A stretch of 64,000 nt of DNA from an uncultured Anaerolineales bacterium. GTDB lineage: Bacteria > Chloroflexota > Anaerolineae > Anaerolineales > UBA11858. The position numbers were made by a program, and so were the translations under genes. Where the stretch lies: the NCBI GenBank assembly GCA_964453155.1, contig CAYVQU010000004.1:1958-65957 (forward strand), in the 5' to 3' direction. Position 1 is the stretch's first letter. Every line of letters begins with the position of its first letter. The notes beneath the pieces are model-generated. The model was given only the letters and a program-made list of their open reading frames with translations. It was not told the origin of the DNA and made no database searches. Positions 26,689 to 35,098 of this stretch are shown piece after piece.

Positions 26689-28116
26689 ATGACCTTTTTC
26701 TCTCGACTTGAAGCTCGAATTCGTGAAATTGACTCGCTCCTTTGCGTCGGTCTCGACCCTCATCCCGCGGACCTGACGCCGTTTACGGCTGATTCGGCCC
26801 GGACGTTTTGTCTCCGGCTGATAGAGGCTACTGCTGACTTAGCCGCGGCCTATAAACCCAATGCCGCTTTTTTTGAAGCCCTCGGTCCGGAGGGTGTGGC
26901 GGCCTTGCAGGAAGTCATCGCCGCGATCCCGGATGAAATTCCGGTCGTTTTAGATGCCAAACGCGGCGATATTTCTTCTACGGCGAAGGCCTATGCCCAG
27001 GCGGTCTTTGAAACCTTGGGTGCCGACTGTGTCACAATCAACCCGTATCTAGGATACGATGCAATTGAGCCGTTCATTGCCGACCCGGAAAAGGGTGTTT
27101 TCATGTTATGCAAAACATCTAACCCGAGTGCCGCGGATTTGCAAGACCTCGCGGTAGGGGCACAATATATTGTGCCCCTACATGTCCGCGTGGCCGAATT
27201 ATCCCAACAATGGAACACCAACGACAATCTTGGCCTCGTTGTCGGGGCGACGCAACCTGAATCGCTAGCCCGGGTGCGGGCCGCAGCCCCAGATGTGTGG
27301 ATTTTGGCCCCAGGGATTGGCGCTCAAGGCGGCGATATCCAGGCTGCGCTCCAGGCTGGCCTGCGGGTTGATGGGTTGGGGGTGTTGGTGCCAGTTTCGC
27401 GCGGGATTTCGAGAGCCGATGATCCCCGGCAGGCGGCGTTGGAATTGCGAGATGCGATCAACGCGCAGCGGGCAGTGATCCGTCGCCAGTCAACAGTAAT
27501 CGGTTCCGATACTGACAAACTGTTTACTGATCACAGTTCACTGGCCACTGGCCTTCTAGAGGTTGGCTGTATCAAATTTGGCAGCTTCATCCTCAAATCT
27601 GGGATTGAATCGCCGATTTATATCGACTTGCGGCGGTTAGTGGGATATCCCAAACTGCTCGCTGAAGTCGCAGCTGCATTTGAGATTATCTTGCGAAACT
27701 TAGAATTCGATCATTTGGCCGCCTTGCCCTACGCGGCCATGCCGATTACGTCCGCAATTAGTCTGCAAACCGGCTGGCCGATGATTTACCCGCGTAAAGA
27801 AGTCAAAGAATACGGCACTAAAGTTCAAATTGAAGGAATTTTCGTAGCTGGGGAACAAGCTGTTGTGATCGATGATTTGATCTCGACAGGGGGTAGTAAA
27901 TTTGAAGGGATTGCAAAACTCGAATCAGGAGGGCTGAAAGTGACCGATATCGTCGTCCTCATCGATCGTAGCCCTGATGGTGGGGCCGAGTTGCAGGACC
28001 GAGGTTATAAACTTCACGCGGTGCTGACGATTGATGATTTGTTGGATTATTACGAGCAAACTGCGACTGTCCCGATTGAAAAAATTACTGAAGTGCGAGA
28101 ATTTTTGAGCAAGTAA
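26689..28116 (+). CDS. pyrFE: Bifunctional orotidine-5'-phosphate decarboxylase / orotate phosphoribosyltransferase (PyrF-PyrE fusion)
   Basis: The N-terminal half has LCVGLDPH and LDAKRGDISST (type 2 ODCase). The C-terminal half has the PRPP motif VVIDDLISTGGS (OPRTase). The start is trimmed to ATG 26689 (GAAGGAA SD). Confidence 0.9.
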   Translation: MTFFSRLEARIREIDSLLCVGLDPHPADLTPFTADSARTFCLRLIEATADLAAAYKPNAAFFEALGPEGVAALQEVIAAIPDEIPVVLDAKRGDISSTAKAYAQAVFETLGADCVTINPYLGYDAIEPFIADPEKGVFMLCKTSNPSAADLQDLAVGAQYIVPLHVRVAELSQQWNTNDNLGLVVGATQPESLARVRAAAPDVWILAPGIGAQGGDIQAALQAGLRVDGLGVLVPVSRGISRADDPRQAALELRDAINAQRAVIRRQSTVIGSDTDKLFTDHSSLATGLLEVGCIKFGSFILKSGIESPIYIDLRRLVGYPKLLAEVAAAFEIILRNLEFDHLAALPYAAMPITSAISLQTGWPMIYPRKEVKEYGTKVQIEGIFVAGEQAVVIDDLISTGGSKFEGIAKLESGGLKVTDIVVLIDRSPDGGAELQDRGYKLHAVLTIDDLLDYYEQTATVPIEKITEVREFLSK

Positions 28117-28121
28117 CGAGT

Positions 28122-28168
28122 GATAAGATAACTAGGGAATAGGAAACCTATTCCCTAGTTATCTTATC
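28122..28168 (+). other. Perfect 22-bp stem hairpin between pyrFE and pyrD
   Basis: GATAAGATAACTAGGGAATAGG (28122-28143), loop aaa, CCTATTCCCTAGTTATCTTATC (28147-28168). No U-tract follows. Confidence 0.7.
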
Positions 28169-28186
28169 CTTATACCTTGTCACCTT

Positions 28187-29212
28187 ATGATGTATCAAAC
28201 GATCTTCCGTCCGTTCCTTTTCCGTCTTGACCCCGAACGGGTCCATGAATTTACGCTGCACGCTTTACGTTTCACGGGCTCATTTCTGCCCTTAAAGAAT
28301 TTTGTTCAAAATCAGTTCACTGCGCATAGTCAAAAAAATGTAGAAGTCGAAGCTTTTGGACTAAAATTTGCTAACCCTGTAGGACTCGCCGCGGGTTATG
28401 ATAAAGATGGTTTAGGCTGGCGTGGACTCACCACTTTGGGTTTTGGTCACATTGAAATTGGCACCGTAACCCCCAAACCCCAGGGGGGTAACCCCAAACC
28501 CAGGATTTTCCGTATCCCTGAAGAAAACGCGGTTATCAATCGAATGGGATTTCCAGGTCACGGGGCAGATTTTCTCGAAAATCAACTAATTCCGGTTGCC
28601 AGTCGTCTATCATCCGGCATTTTGGGCATCAATATTGGTAAAAACAAAAATACACCCAATGAAGAAGCGGCGCGGGATTATGTCTATTTACTCGAGAAGT
28701 TTACCCCTTACGCCGATTACTTTGCCATAAATATTTCTTCCCCGAATACGGTGGGACTACGGCGGCTTCAGGCTCGCGATTATCTCGAAGATTTACTCTC
28801 GCAGTTGTCGAAAGCCTGTCACAAGTCATCAACCCCCAGACCGATTATGGTGAAACTGGCTCCCGATTTGGACGATGCCGAACTCGATGATGCTTTGGGC
28901 GCGATCCTTGATGTCGGTATGGACGGTGTTATTGCAACCAACACAACGATCAGCCGAAAAGATTTGAAGTCACCGATCGGGCAACAGGCTGGGGGTTTAA
29001 GTGGTGCCCCGCTGACTGCAAAAAGCCGCGGAGCGGTTGCAAAAATATATCAGCGTACGAATGGGGAATTGCCAATTGTCGGCGTTGGGGGCATCATGAG
29101 CCCAGATGATGCCAACGCGATGCTGGATGCGGGGGCGACGTTGATTCAGGTCTATTCCGGGTTGATTTATGCTGGGCCAGGTTTAGTGAAAAATATCGTG
29201 GAAAATCTGTAA
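28187..29212 (+). CDS. pyrD: Dihydroorotate dehydrogenase (quinone), class 2
   Basis: N-terminal 'YQTIFRPFLFRLDPERVHEF' extension, plus GFGHIEIGTVTP and NISSPNT motifs. Confidence 0.92.
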   Translation: MMYQTIFRPFLFRLDPERVHEFTLHALRFTGSFLPLKNFVQNQFTAHSQKNVEVEAFGLKFANPVGLAAGYDKDGLGWRGLTTLGFGHIEIGTVTPKPQGGNPKPRIFRIPEENAVINRMGFPGHGADFLENQLIPVASRLSSGILGINIGKNKNTPNEEAARDYVYLLEKFTPYADYFAINISSPNTVGLRRLQARDYLEDLLSQLSKACHKSSTPRPIMVKLAPDLDDAELDDALGAILDVGMDGVIATNTTISRKDLKSPIGQQAGGLSGAPLTAKSRGAVAKIYQRTNGELPIVGVGGIMSPDDANAMLDAGATLIQVYSGLIYAGPGLVKNIVENL

Positions 29213-29215
29213 AAA

Positions 29216-29248
29216 TTGTAGGGGCTGGTCTTAGACCAGCCCCTACAA
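29216..29248. terminator. 15-bp stem hairpin between convergent pyrD and the permease gene
   Basis: TTGTAGGGGCTGGTC (29216-29230) pairs with GACCAGCCCCTACAA (29234-29248). A U-tract follows on the minus strand (plus-strand AAAAA at 29211-29215). Confidence 0.75.
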
Positions 29249-29250
29249 CA

Positions 29251-29736
29251 TTACCTAAATAATAACATCGCAATCACCCCAGCAAACAAAGGAATCGCCA
29301 ATCCTAACCCCCACCGAACCGCCGTAAACCGCCAGCCCATAAACGGAATTTCAAACCCAATGGTTAGCAGTGCCTGGGTTGACCAGCTGGTGATGATGGT
29401 CACTGCTGGACCCAGTCCAGCACCAGCCTGATAGAGAATGGCAATCAACGGGAAAACCACATACGGCCCGCCTGGCAGCAGCATCCCAATGATTTCTCCC
29501 AGCAATAAACCACGCAATCCTGAATTTGGTCCAATCCATTCTTGAATGAGTTGGGTGGGGGAGAGGACGTTTACATAGCCCACAATGATGAACGCGATAA
29601 TCATCAAGGCCGCGTTGCGTTTGGCTGTCTGCCTGGCGAGTTGGAGGCCCTTTTGTAAGCTTCCGTCACTTTTTTGGCCGGCGAAGAGCATCAAGCCGAG
29701 GGCAATAATCCACAGTACGATGGTCGCAGTTGTCAT
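29251..29736 (-). CDS. Half-size permease (COG0701/UPF0718-like), downstream member of a split pair
   Basis: 161 aa after trimming to MTTATIVLW. It has a LPGGPYV motif. Its ATG overlaps the upstream stop (ATGA at 29733-29736). Confidence 0.65.
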   Translation of the reverse strand: MTTATIVLWIIALGLMLFAGQKSDGSLQKGLQLARQTAKRNAALMIIAFIIVGYVNVLSPTQLIQEWIGPNSGLRGLLLGEIIGMLLPGGPYVVFPLIAILYQAGAGLGPAVTIITSWSTQALLTIGFEIPFMGWRFTAVRWGLGLAIPLFAGVIAMLLFR

Positions 29737-30275
29737 CGTTGCACCGCCATTCGAATCCGTTCCAGGTAGCGGCCAAAAAGTGTTTCCGCCAGAAATCCCA
29801 TCAGCGGGGGAATGATGAAGGTGATCCCATAACGAACAAAGGTCAATTCGGGTCCTAGCAGGGCCAATTCCATGGGGATGCGGGAGATCGACCACAAATT
29901 TTTGGCGATCACAAAGGCAACCAAAACACCTAATCCGGCTCCAGTTTGGAGCAATGCTCCAGCAATAGGATAATAAACATACGGGCCTCCGGGAATCAGC
30001 GCTCCGCCTAAACAGGCCAGTGCTAGCCCTTTCCACCCCGATTCAGAACCTAACCAGCGGGTGACCATCTCCCGACTGACCAGAGATTGGATCAACCCGG
30101 CAGTCAGAAACGCAGCGATCAACAGGGGAATGACGCTCAATAAAATCCCGCCCCCCGATTTGATCCCGGCCAGTGCGAGTGACGGGCCTCCACTTCGCCG
30201 GGCGAGGAAGCCTAGCACCAGGGCGACGATGGCTAGAAAAATAGGCGTATTGTCTCGTTTAGGTTTTGTTTTCAT
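29733..30275 (-). CDS. Half-size permease (COG0701/UPF0718-like), upstream member of a split pair
   Basis: 180 aa and multi-TM with an IPGGPYV motif. It is paralogous to the downstream half. Confidence 0.65.
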   Translation of the reverse strand: MKTKPKRDNTPIFLAIVALVLGFLARRSGGPSLALAGIKSGGGILLSVIPLLIAAFLTAGLIQSLVSREMVTRWLGSESGWKGLALACLGGALIPGGPYVYYPIAGALLQTGAGLGVLVAFVIAKNLWSISRIPMELALLGPELTFVRYGITFIIPPLMGFLAETLFGRYLERIRMAVQR

Positions 30276-30371
30276 CGCGATTTGATGGAAGACCGGAGAC
30301 GGATGACGGGTTATGAATTCATCCGTTTTGGCTACTGGTACTCGGTCTTCCGTCCTTGGTCCTCCGTCTGT

Positions 30372-31643
30372 TCATGGGATAAAAAACTGAAAATTCCAAT
30401 CTGGGCTGCTAGCATTGAGAAAAGAAGTTGCTCCGATCACCACAAACCAGGTATTGCCGGGTTTGAGTGGGAAGCGGCTGCCATCTTCATAAGACAAAAA
30501 AATAATTTCGTCATCGTTCAACCGCCCCCAATTAACCTGATAGCCAAATCCATCTCGAAACACATATGCTTTTCCATAGCCCTCCAACGGAATTTGTAGA
30601 ATTTCTGGCCGGACACTGTAATATTCATGCTTGGCCAGCAAAATAATAACATTATCGGCGGAAATAACTTCTCCCGTCAGGCGATCGACAGTATGTTCGA
30701 AAACTTCTTGGCCAGCATCGGCATCGATTACATCTTGGTGGCGGATAAATTTACCCACAATGGAATCATATTCCCAAAAATGTTGACTGCCAAATGAGTA
30801 CCGGATCAACATACTGTCGGTAGTGTGACCATTTGGGGGGATAATGGGATTAAAGGCCAACCCATCTAAATTTTGACGATGATTGGCAACCCTCTTTTGC
30901 TCGAAATGCTGGTGTAGGAAAGTTGTATCAGTGACCAAATTATTCCAGGGGGCTTCGCTAAGTCGGCAGAGGGGATACGTGACTGAGGGTGGGCAAGGGA
31001 TATCCGTAATCGTTGCTAAACGGTCGGTGAAATTCGAATACGCAAATCGCTCTCGAATCCGCCAATCGGCACTGCCATAGGCCAGGAAGGATTTATACAT
31101 CTCAACCAAATCTTTGTCTGTAAATCGGGCGGAGCGGATCGGACCAATTTGCTCGACATCTTGACTGTAGAAGATGGGGTGAAACCGGGTTAGCCCGGCC
31201 TCATGGTAATACTCAAAAACATGATCGGCGAAGGATAACCCCCAGGTTGGGCGTGAACTGCGGGGATAATGAGCGACTTTTACCGAGATCGGTCGGCGGT
31301 TGAGATTAGCGGGCTCTAACACGAGCAAACCGGTCAGTGGATTGACATTGACCGGGAAGTTGACCGGTCCGTAGCCTTCGGGAGGATAATCGGCCAAAAA
31401 ATCAGAAGTTGGAGTAGCGGAGGGGGTTCGAGTTTCTGTTGGTGTGAGGGTTTTTGTGGGTGTTGCAGTCGGTGTTAAAGTCGAGGTCAGCATTGAAGTT
31501 GGGGTTACTGCCCCAATTTTTGTGGGAGTCAACGTGGGAGCCGGGATTACTTTAATTTTTGGCTGACAAGCCCCAAGAAATCCAGTAATGCCCAAGAAGA
31601 GGCTAACAGATAAAAAATTTAGAAATCGATTACGGGCAAACAT
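30372..31643 (-). CDS. DUF3048 (YerB-like) lipoprotein, paralog 1
   Basis: Signal peptide with lipobox (FLGAC), a Thr/Pro-rich linker, then NPLTGL, RRPISVKV, GPIRSAR and DRLTG blocks shared with the neighbouring gene. Confidence 0.7.
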   Translation of the reverse strand: MFARNRFLNFLSVSLFLGITGFLGACQPKIKVIPAPTLTPTKIGAVTPTSMLTSTLTPTATPTKTLTPTETRTPSATPTSDFLADYPPEGYGPVNFPVNVNPLTGLLVLEPANLNRRPISVKVAHYPRSSRPTWGLSFADHVFEYYHEAGLTRFHPIFYSQDVEQIGPIRSARFTDKDLVEMYKSFLAYGSADWRIRERFAYSNFTDRLATITDIPCPPSVTYPLCRLSEAPWNNLVTDTTFLHQHFEQKRVANHRQNLDGLAFNPIIPPNGHTTDSMLIRYSFGSQHFWEYDSIVGKFIRHQDVIDADAGQEVFEHTVDRLTGEVISADNVIILLAKHEYYSVRPEILQIPLEGYGKAYVFRDGFGYQVNWGRLNDDEIIFLSYEDGSRFPLKPGNTWFVVIGATSFLNASSPDWNFQFFIP

Positions 31644-31651
31644 CTCGCAGA

Positions 31652-32944
31652 TCAGTCGGGCGCAAACGGGCGCTCGAATATAAATGTCCAGTAATTATCA
31701 TTTTTTTCTATTTGGGAGGTCGTATGAATGACTTGGAAGAAAGATACTCCCGGCCGGAGTGGAAACGGGTTGCCATCGGGCGTAAGGATTGATAACGGCT
31801 TATATTTTTCGGTCCGTTTCCACACAGCTTCTTGGACTTTGCCGTTGTTGAACACATATGCCGGGCCTTCCCCGTTCATGTCGATAGTGAAGACCTCGGT
31901 ATCGGATGATTTATGGAAGAAAGCATGTGGGGCAAATAAAACAATGATGTTATCTGCCATAATGGGTTGTCCGGTGAGGCGATCGGTCAACAGCTTATAT
32001 GTTTCACCCTCTTCACTCGACAGATCGGTATTTCCTTGATAGCGGATATAGCGATTTGAATTGATATCATAATCCCAGTGTGAATAGCTGGCGTACGAAT
32101 AATATATGAAGACCCGTTGAACGCGTTCGCCCCCCCGTCCCCCTAGCGAATAAAAGAAATTAGTAGCCTGATCATAGCGGTTGTCATCGACGCCATTGCG
32201 GCGAATATATTCATGAATATGAGTAGTGTTACCAAATAAATTTTTCGGTGGTGGAAAATTTTCGTCTCGGCACAGGGGTGGACATTCGCGTTCCACCACC
32301 ATTAAATTAAAGCTTTGTCCAATCGCATCAAAATGGGTCAAAACGCGGGGATCGGCGCCATTATAGACCAGGATGGCATTGTACATATCCATCACATGCG
32401 CGTCGAAAATTCTCCCCGAGCGAATGGGTCCCACTTTGATGGCATCATTCCCATAGAAGATGGCGATAAACCGGGTCAAACCCCATTCCAAGTGATATTC
32501 CCAGACATGATCGGCCAGTGAAATACCAAATTGCTGTTTACGAACGGAATGGGGAGCATTTGGAATTTTAACCGCGATCGGCCGTCGCTCTAAGGCCAAC
32601 GGATTATAGGCTACCAGACCCGTTAGCGGGTTAATATAACTTGGAAAATTATTGGGACCAACCCGGACTATTGGCGGTAGTGTTGCAGTTAGAGTCTGAG
32701 TTGGGCGAGGGGTACGCGTCGGTTTCGGTGTCTGGGTGAAGGTTGGTGATAATTGGAGGGGCGGGGTGGCAGTTGGTAGGGTGGGTGTCGGTGGTTTGGA
32801 GGTGGGGGAGGCAACCGCAACCTGATTTTGTGTTTCTGGGGCTGGGATAGTGTTTAAAGACAAAATGCTATTGAGTTCAGCACAAGCAGTTAGCATGAAA
32901 AATAAACTAGAAAATGCCAATAATTTTACGATTGTTTTCATCAT
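31652..32944 (-). CDS. DUF3048 (YerB-like) lipoprotein, paralog 2
   Basis: The start is trimmed to MMKTIVKLLAFSSLFFMLTAC (lipobox). It has a Pro/Thr linker and NPLTGL, RRPIAVKI, GPIRSGR and DRLTG blocks. Confidence 0.7.
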   Translation of the reverse strand: MMKTIVKLLAFSSLFFMLTACAELNSILSLNTIPAPETQNQVAVASPTSKPPTPTLPTATPPLQLSPTFTQTPKPTRTPRPTQTLTATLPPIVRVGPNNFPSYINPLTGLVAYNPLALERRPIAVKIPNAPHSVRKQQFGISLADHVWEYHLEWGLTRFIAIFYGNDAIKVGPIRSGRIFDAHVMDMYNAILVYNGADPRVLTHFDAIGQSFNLMVVERECPPLCRDENFPPPKNLFGNTTHIHEYIRRNGVDDNRYDQATNFFYSLGGRGGERVQRVFIYYSYASYSHWDYDINSNRYIRYQGNTDLSSEEGETYKLLTDRLTGQPIMADNIIVLFAPHAFFHKSSDTEVFTIDMNGEGPAYVFNNGKVQEAVWKRTEKYKPLSILTPDGNPFPLRPGVSFFQVIHTTSQIEKNDNYWTFIFERPFAPD

Positions 32945-33005
32945 ATAAGGCGTTATCATACCGCACTTGAATAGGCTTGCCAATTCTAGGGGTATAATTC
33001 TTCGC

Positions 33006-33848
33006 ATGTCATTTTTTAAGGAAAAATTTGGGAAAATAGATCGCAGTTGGCAAGTTCGTTTGCCCTGGAAACAGTTCCTGGGATTATTGGCGGTCGTCCT
33101 TTTGGTCATTTGGTTGCAATATACGCCCTCCGGATTGCTAGGCAAAGCCGATGCAGTGGGGTATGCTGTTTGTCATCGCATTAATGTGCGCTCGTTTCAT
33201 CTGGGTGAGCGCCAGATTCCGGTTTGTGCCCGGTGCTCGGGGCAATATTTAGGGGCTGTGTTGAGTATCGTGTTTTTGACGGCGTTAAGGCCACGGCGGA
33301 CGGGGCGACCAAATTGGGGCATCATCGGAACCCTGATACTATTTGCAGGAGCTTATGCCCTTGATGGGGTCAATTCATATCTCCATTTGCTACCCGGTTT
33401 AGCGCGGTTTTATCTATATGAACCAAATAATACTTTGCGATTGATTACCGGAACCGGGTTAGGAATCGGTATTGGGGTTATGTTGTATCCGGCGTTTAAT
33501 GAGACGGTTTGGCGCCGCCGAGATCCGCGCCCGGTGTTGGTTGGTTTACCGGATTTTGGTGGATTATTGGTGTTGGGTGCAATTATCGTGCTACTTGTTC
33601 GCACCGAAAATCCATTGGTCCTATACCCTCTGGCCGTAATCAGTGCTGCCGGTGTCCTAGTATTGCTCACAATGGTTTACACGATGGTGGCATTAATGGT
33701 TTTCAGGGCAGAGAATCGTAGCGAAGGGGGCGGACACCTATTTTTCCCACTGTTGACGGGATTTGTGGTAGCCTTAATGCAGATTGCAGTGTTAGATTAC
33801 ATCCGTTTTCTACTTACGAATACCTGGGATGGTTTTCATTTTGGATAA
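33006..33848 (+). CDS. DUF2085-like membrane protein
   Basis: 'CHRINVRSFHLGERQIPVCARCSGQYLG' matches the DUF2085 Cys/His signature, followed by multiple TM helices. The start is trimmed to ATG 33006. Confidence 0.65.
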   Translation: MSFFKEKFGKIDRSWQVRLPWKQFLGLLAVVLLVIWLQYTPSGLLGKADAVGYAVCHRINVRSFHLGERQIPVCARCSGQYLGAVLSIVFLTALRPRRTGRPNWGIIGTLILFAGAYALDGVNSYLHLLPGLARFYLYEPNNTLRLITGTGLGIGIGVMLYPAFNETVWRRRDPRPVLVGLPDFGGLLVLGAIIVLLVRTENPLVLYPLAVISAAGVLVLLTMVYTMVALMVFRAENRSEGGGHLFFPLLTGFVVALMQIAVLDYIRFLLTNTWDGFHFG

Positions 33849-33860
33849 AGGGAGACCCTG

Positions 33861-34418
33861 ATGGATATTTTTACCGCTTTTGGGTTATCAGCTAGTGCTG
33901 GTTTGAACGCATATATTCCCTTATTAATGGTCTCTTTGGTCGCCCGGTTTACAAATTGGATTGAATTAAGTTCTCCCTGGAACACCCTCGAAAGTTGGTG
34001 GGTGATTGGGGTTTTGGTGGTCCTATCCCTGATTGAATTTTTCGCCGATAAAATTCCCGCTATCAATCATATCAACGATATCATCCAAACATTTGTCCGC
34101 CCGGCTGCGGGGGCGTTAGTATTTGCGGCCAGTTCTAAAGTAGCCGATGTTCAGCCGGTTTTAGCAATGGTAGCAGGCTTATTGATTGCCGGAGGCGTCC
34201 ATGCCGCCAAATCCGCGGCCGTCCGCCCAGCTGTGACCGCAACGACCGGCGGGGCAGGAAATGTCCCGGTCAGCATCATGGAAGATGTGGTTTCAACCCT
34301 ACTTTCCATTCTGGCAATCGTTATTCCCGTTCTGATTGCCGCCATTATTATTTTGACCGTTTCTCTGATTTTGTGGTGGCTTTGGCGGCGGTCTAACCGG
34401 AAACAATTGGTACAATAG
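33861..34418 (+). CDS. DUF4126-like membrane protein
   Basis: 185 aa with 4-5 TM helices. 'SASAGLNAYIPLLMVSL' and 'EFFADKIP' resemble DUF4126. It starts 12 nt after the upstream gene. Confidence 0.6.
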   Translation: MDIFTAFGLSASAGLNAYIPLLMVSLVARFTNWIELSSPWNTLESWWVIGVLVVLSLIEFFADKIPAINHINDIIQTFVRPAAGALVFAASSKVADVQPVLAMVAGLLIAGGVHAAKSAAVRPAVTATTGGAGNVPVSIMEDVVSTLLSILAIVIPVLIAAIIILTVSLILWWLWRRSNRKQLVQ

Positions 34419-34426
34419 GAGTAAAT

Positions 34427-34771
34427 ATGTCTGACTATTCTAGTTATTCCGAAACCCCGAACAACTCTACTGCCGTAATCAGTCTGGTCGCTGGCATTTT
34501 GGGGCTGACCCTTTTTCCGTTTATTGGCAGTATCGTTGCCATTATCACAGGGGCTCGGGCAAAAACAGAAATTGCTGAAAGTCATGGCACCCAAGGCGGC
34601 GAAGGACTAGCTCAGGCTGGAATTATTATGGGCTGGATCGGTGTTGGATTAGGCGTAGTGACCTGCTGTATTGCGGTGGTAATTATTGCCATGTCCTTTG
34701 GAATTTTTGGTTTGGCTGCCAGTGAGATGGGCGCATTATTGCCCCAAGTTTCGACCCTGTTCCAGGTCTAA
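34427..34771 (+). CDS. DUF4190-like small membrane protein
   Basis: 114 aa. The 'AVISLVAGILGLTLFPFIGSIVAIITGARAKTEI' pattern resembles DUF4190. It starts 8 nt after the upstream gene. Confidence 0.6.
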   Translation: MSDYSSYSETPNNSTAVISLVAGILGLTLFPFIGSIVAIITGARAKTEIAESHGTQGGEGLAQAGIIMGWIGVGLGVVTCCIAVVIIAMSFGIFGLAASEMGALLPQVSTLFQV

Positions 34772-34804
34772 TTCAATCATTTTATTGACATAAGGAGAAG
34801 AAAA

Positions 34805-35029
34805 ATGGCTGAAGATTTTGGTGAAGAAATCACAACTGATGAATATGAATTTGACGAAACCCCGGTTGATGGTGAAAAGAAAGACAACAAGATTTGGATT
34901 ATCGTCGGCGTTGTCCTGGTCATCCTTTGTTGTTGCTGTGCGATCGTAGCGGGCGGTTTATGGGCGTTATGGGAAAATGGTGATGCGTGGTTTGATCTCG
35001 CCTCCCAGATTACTAACCTGCTGTTGTAA
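34805..35029 (+). CDS. Small single-TM protein with an acidic N-terminus and a CCCC motif
   Basis: 74-aa ORF with a GGAGAAG SD at 34793-34799, about 6 nt before the ATG. A terminator follows directly. Confidence 0.5.
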   Translation: MAEDFGEEITTDEYEFDETPVDGEKKDNKIWIIVGVVLVILCCCCAIVAGGLWALWENGDAWFDLASQITNLLL

Positions 35030-35069
35030 GTTATAACTTCGAACCGTTCAATTCTCTAGACTGGAAAAA

Positions 35070-35096
35070 GGGTGCCGTTTTAGGTGCCCTTTTTTG
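35070..35096 (+). terminator. Intrinsic terminator ending the four-gene membrane operon
   Basis: In RNA, GGGUGCC (35070-35076) pairs with GGUGCCC (35083-35089) including two G-U pairs, followed by TTTTTTGTTTT. Confidence 0.65.
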
Positions 35097-35098
35097 TT

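Noticed and set aside
30282-30599. 105-aa plus-strand ORF spanning the permease leader and the end of the DUF3048 gene
   Set aside because: It is antisense to a supported gene and begins inside the structured leader, with no RBS.
31440-31560. Thr/Pro-rich repetitive DNA in the DUF3048 genes (also 32690-32830) and the LysM protein gene (57880-58010), considered as tandem repeats or a variable region
   Set aside because: The repeats are imperfect and in-frame within coding sequence. They encode typical low-complexity lipoprotein or cell-wall linkers, and there is no DGR-like template repeat or reverse transcriptase nearby.
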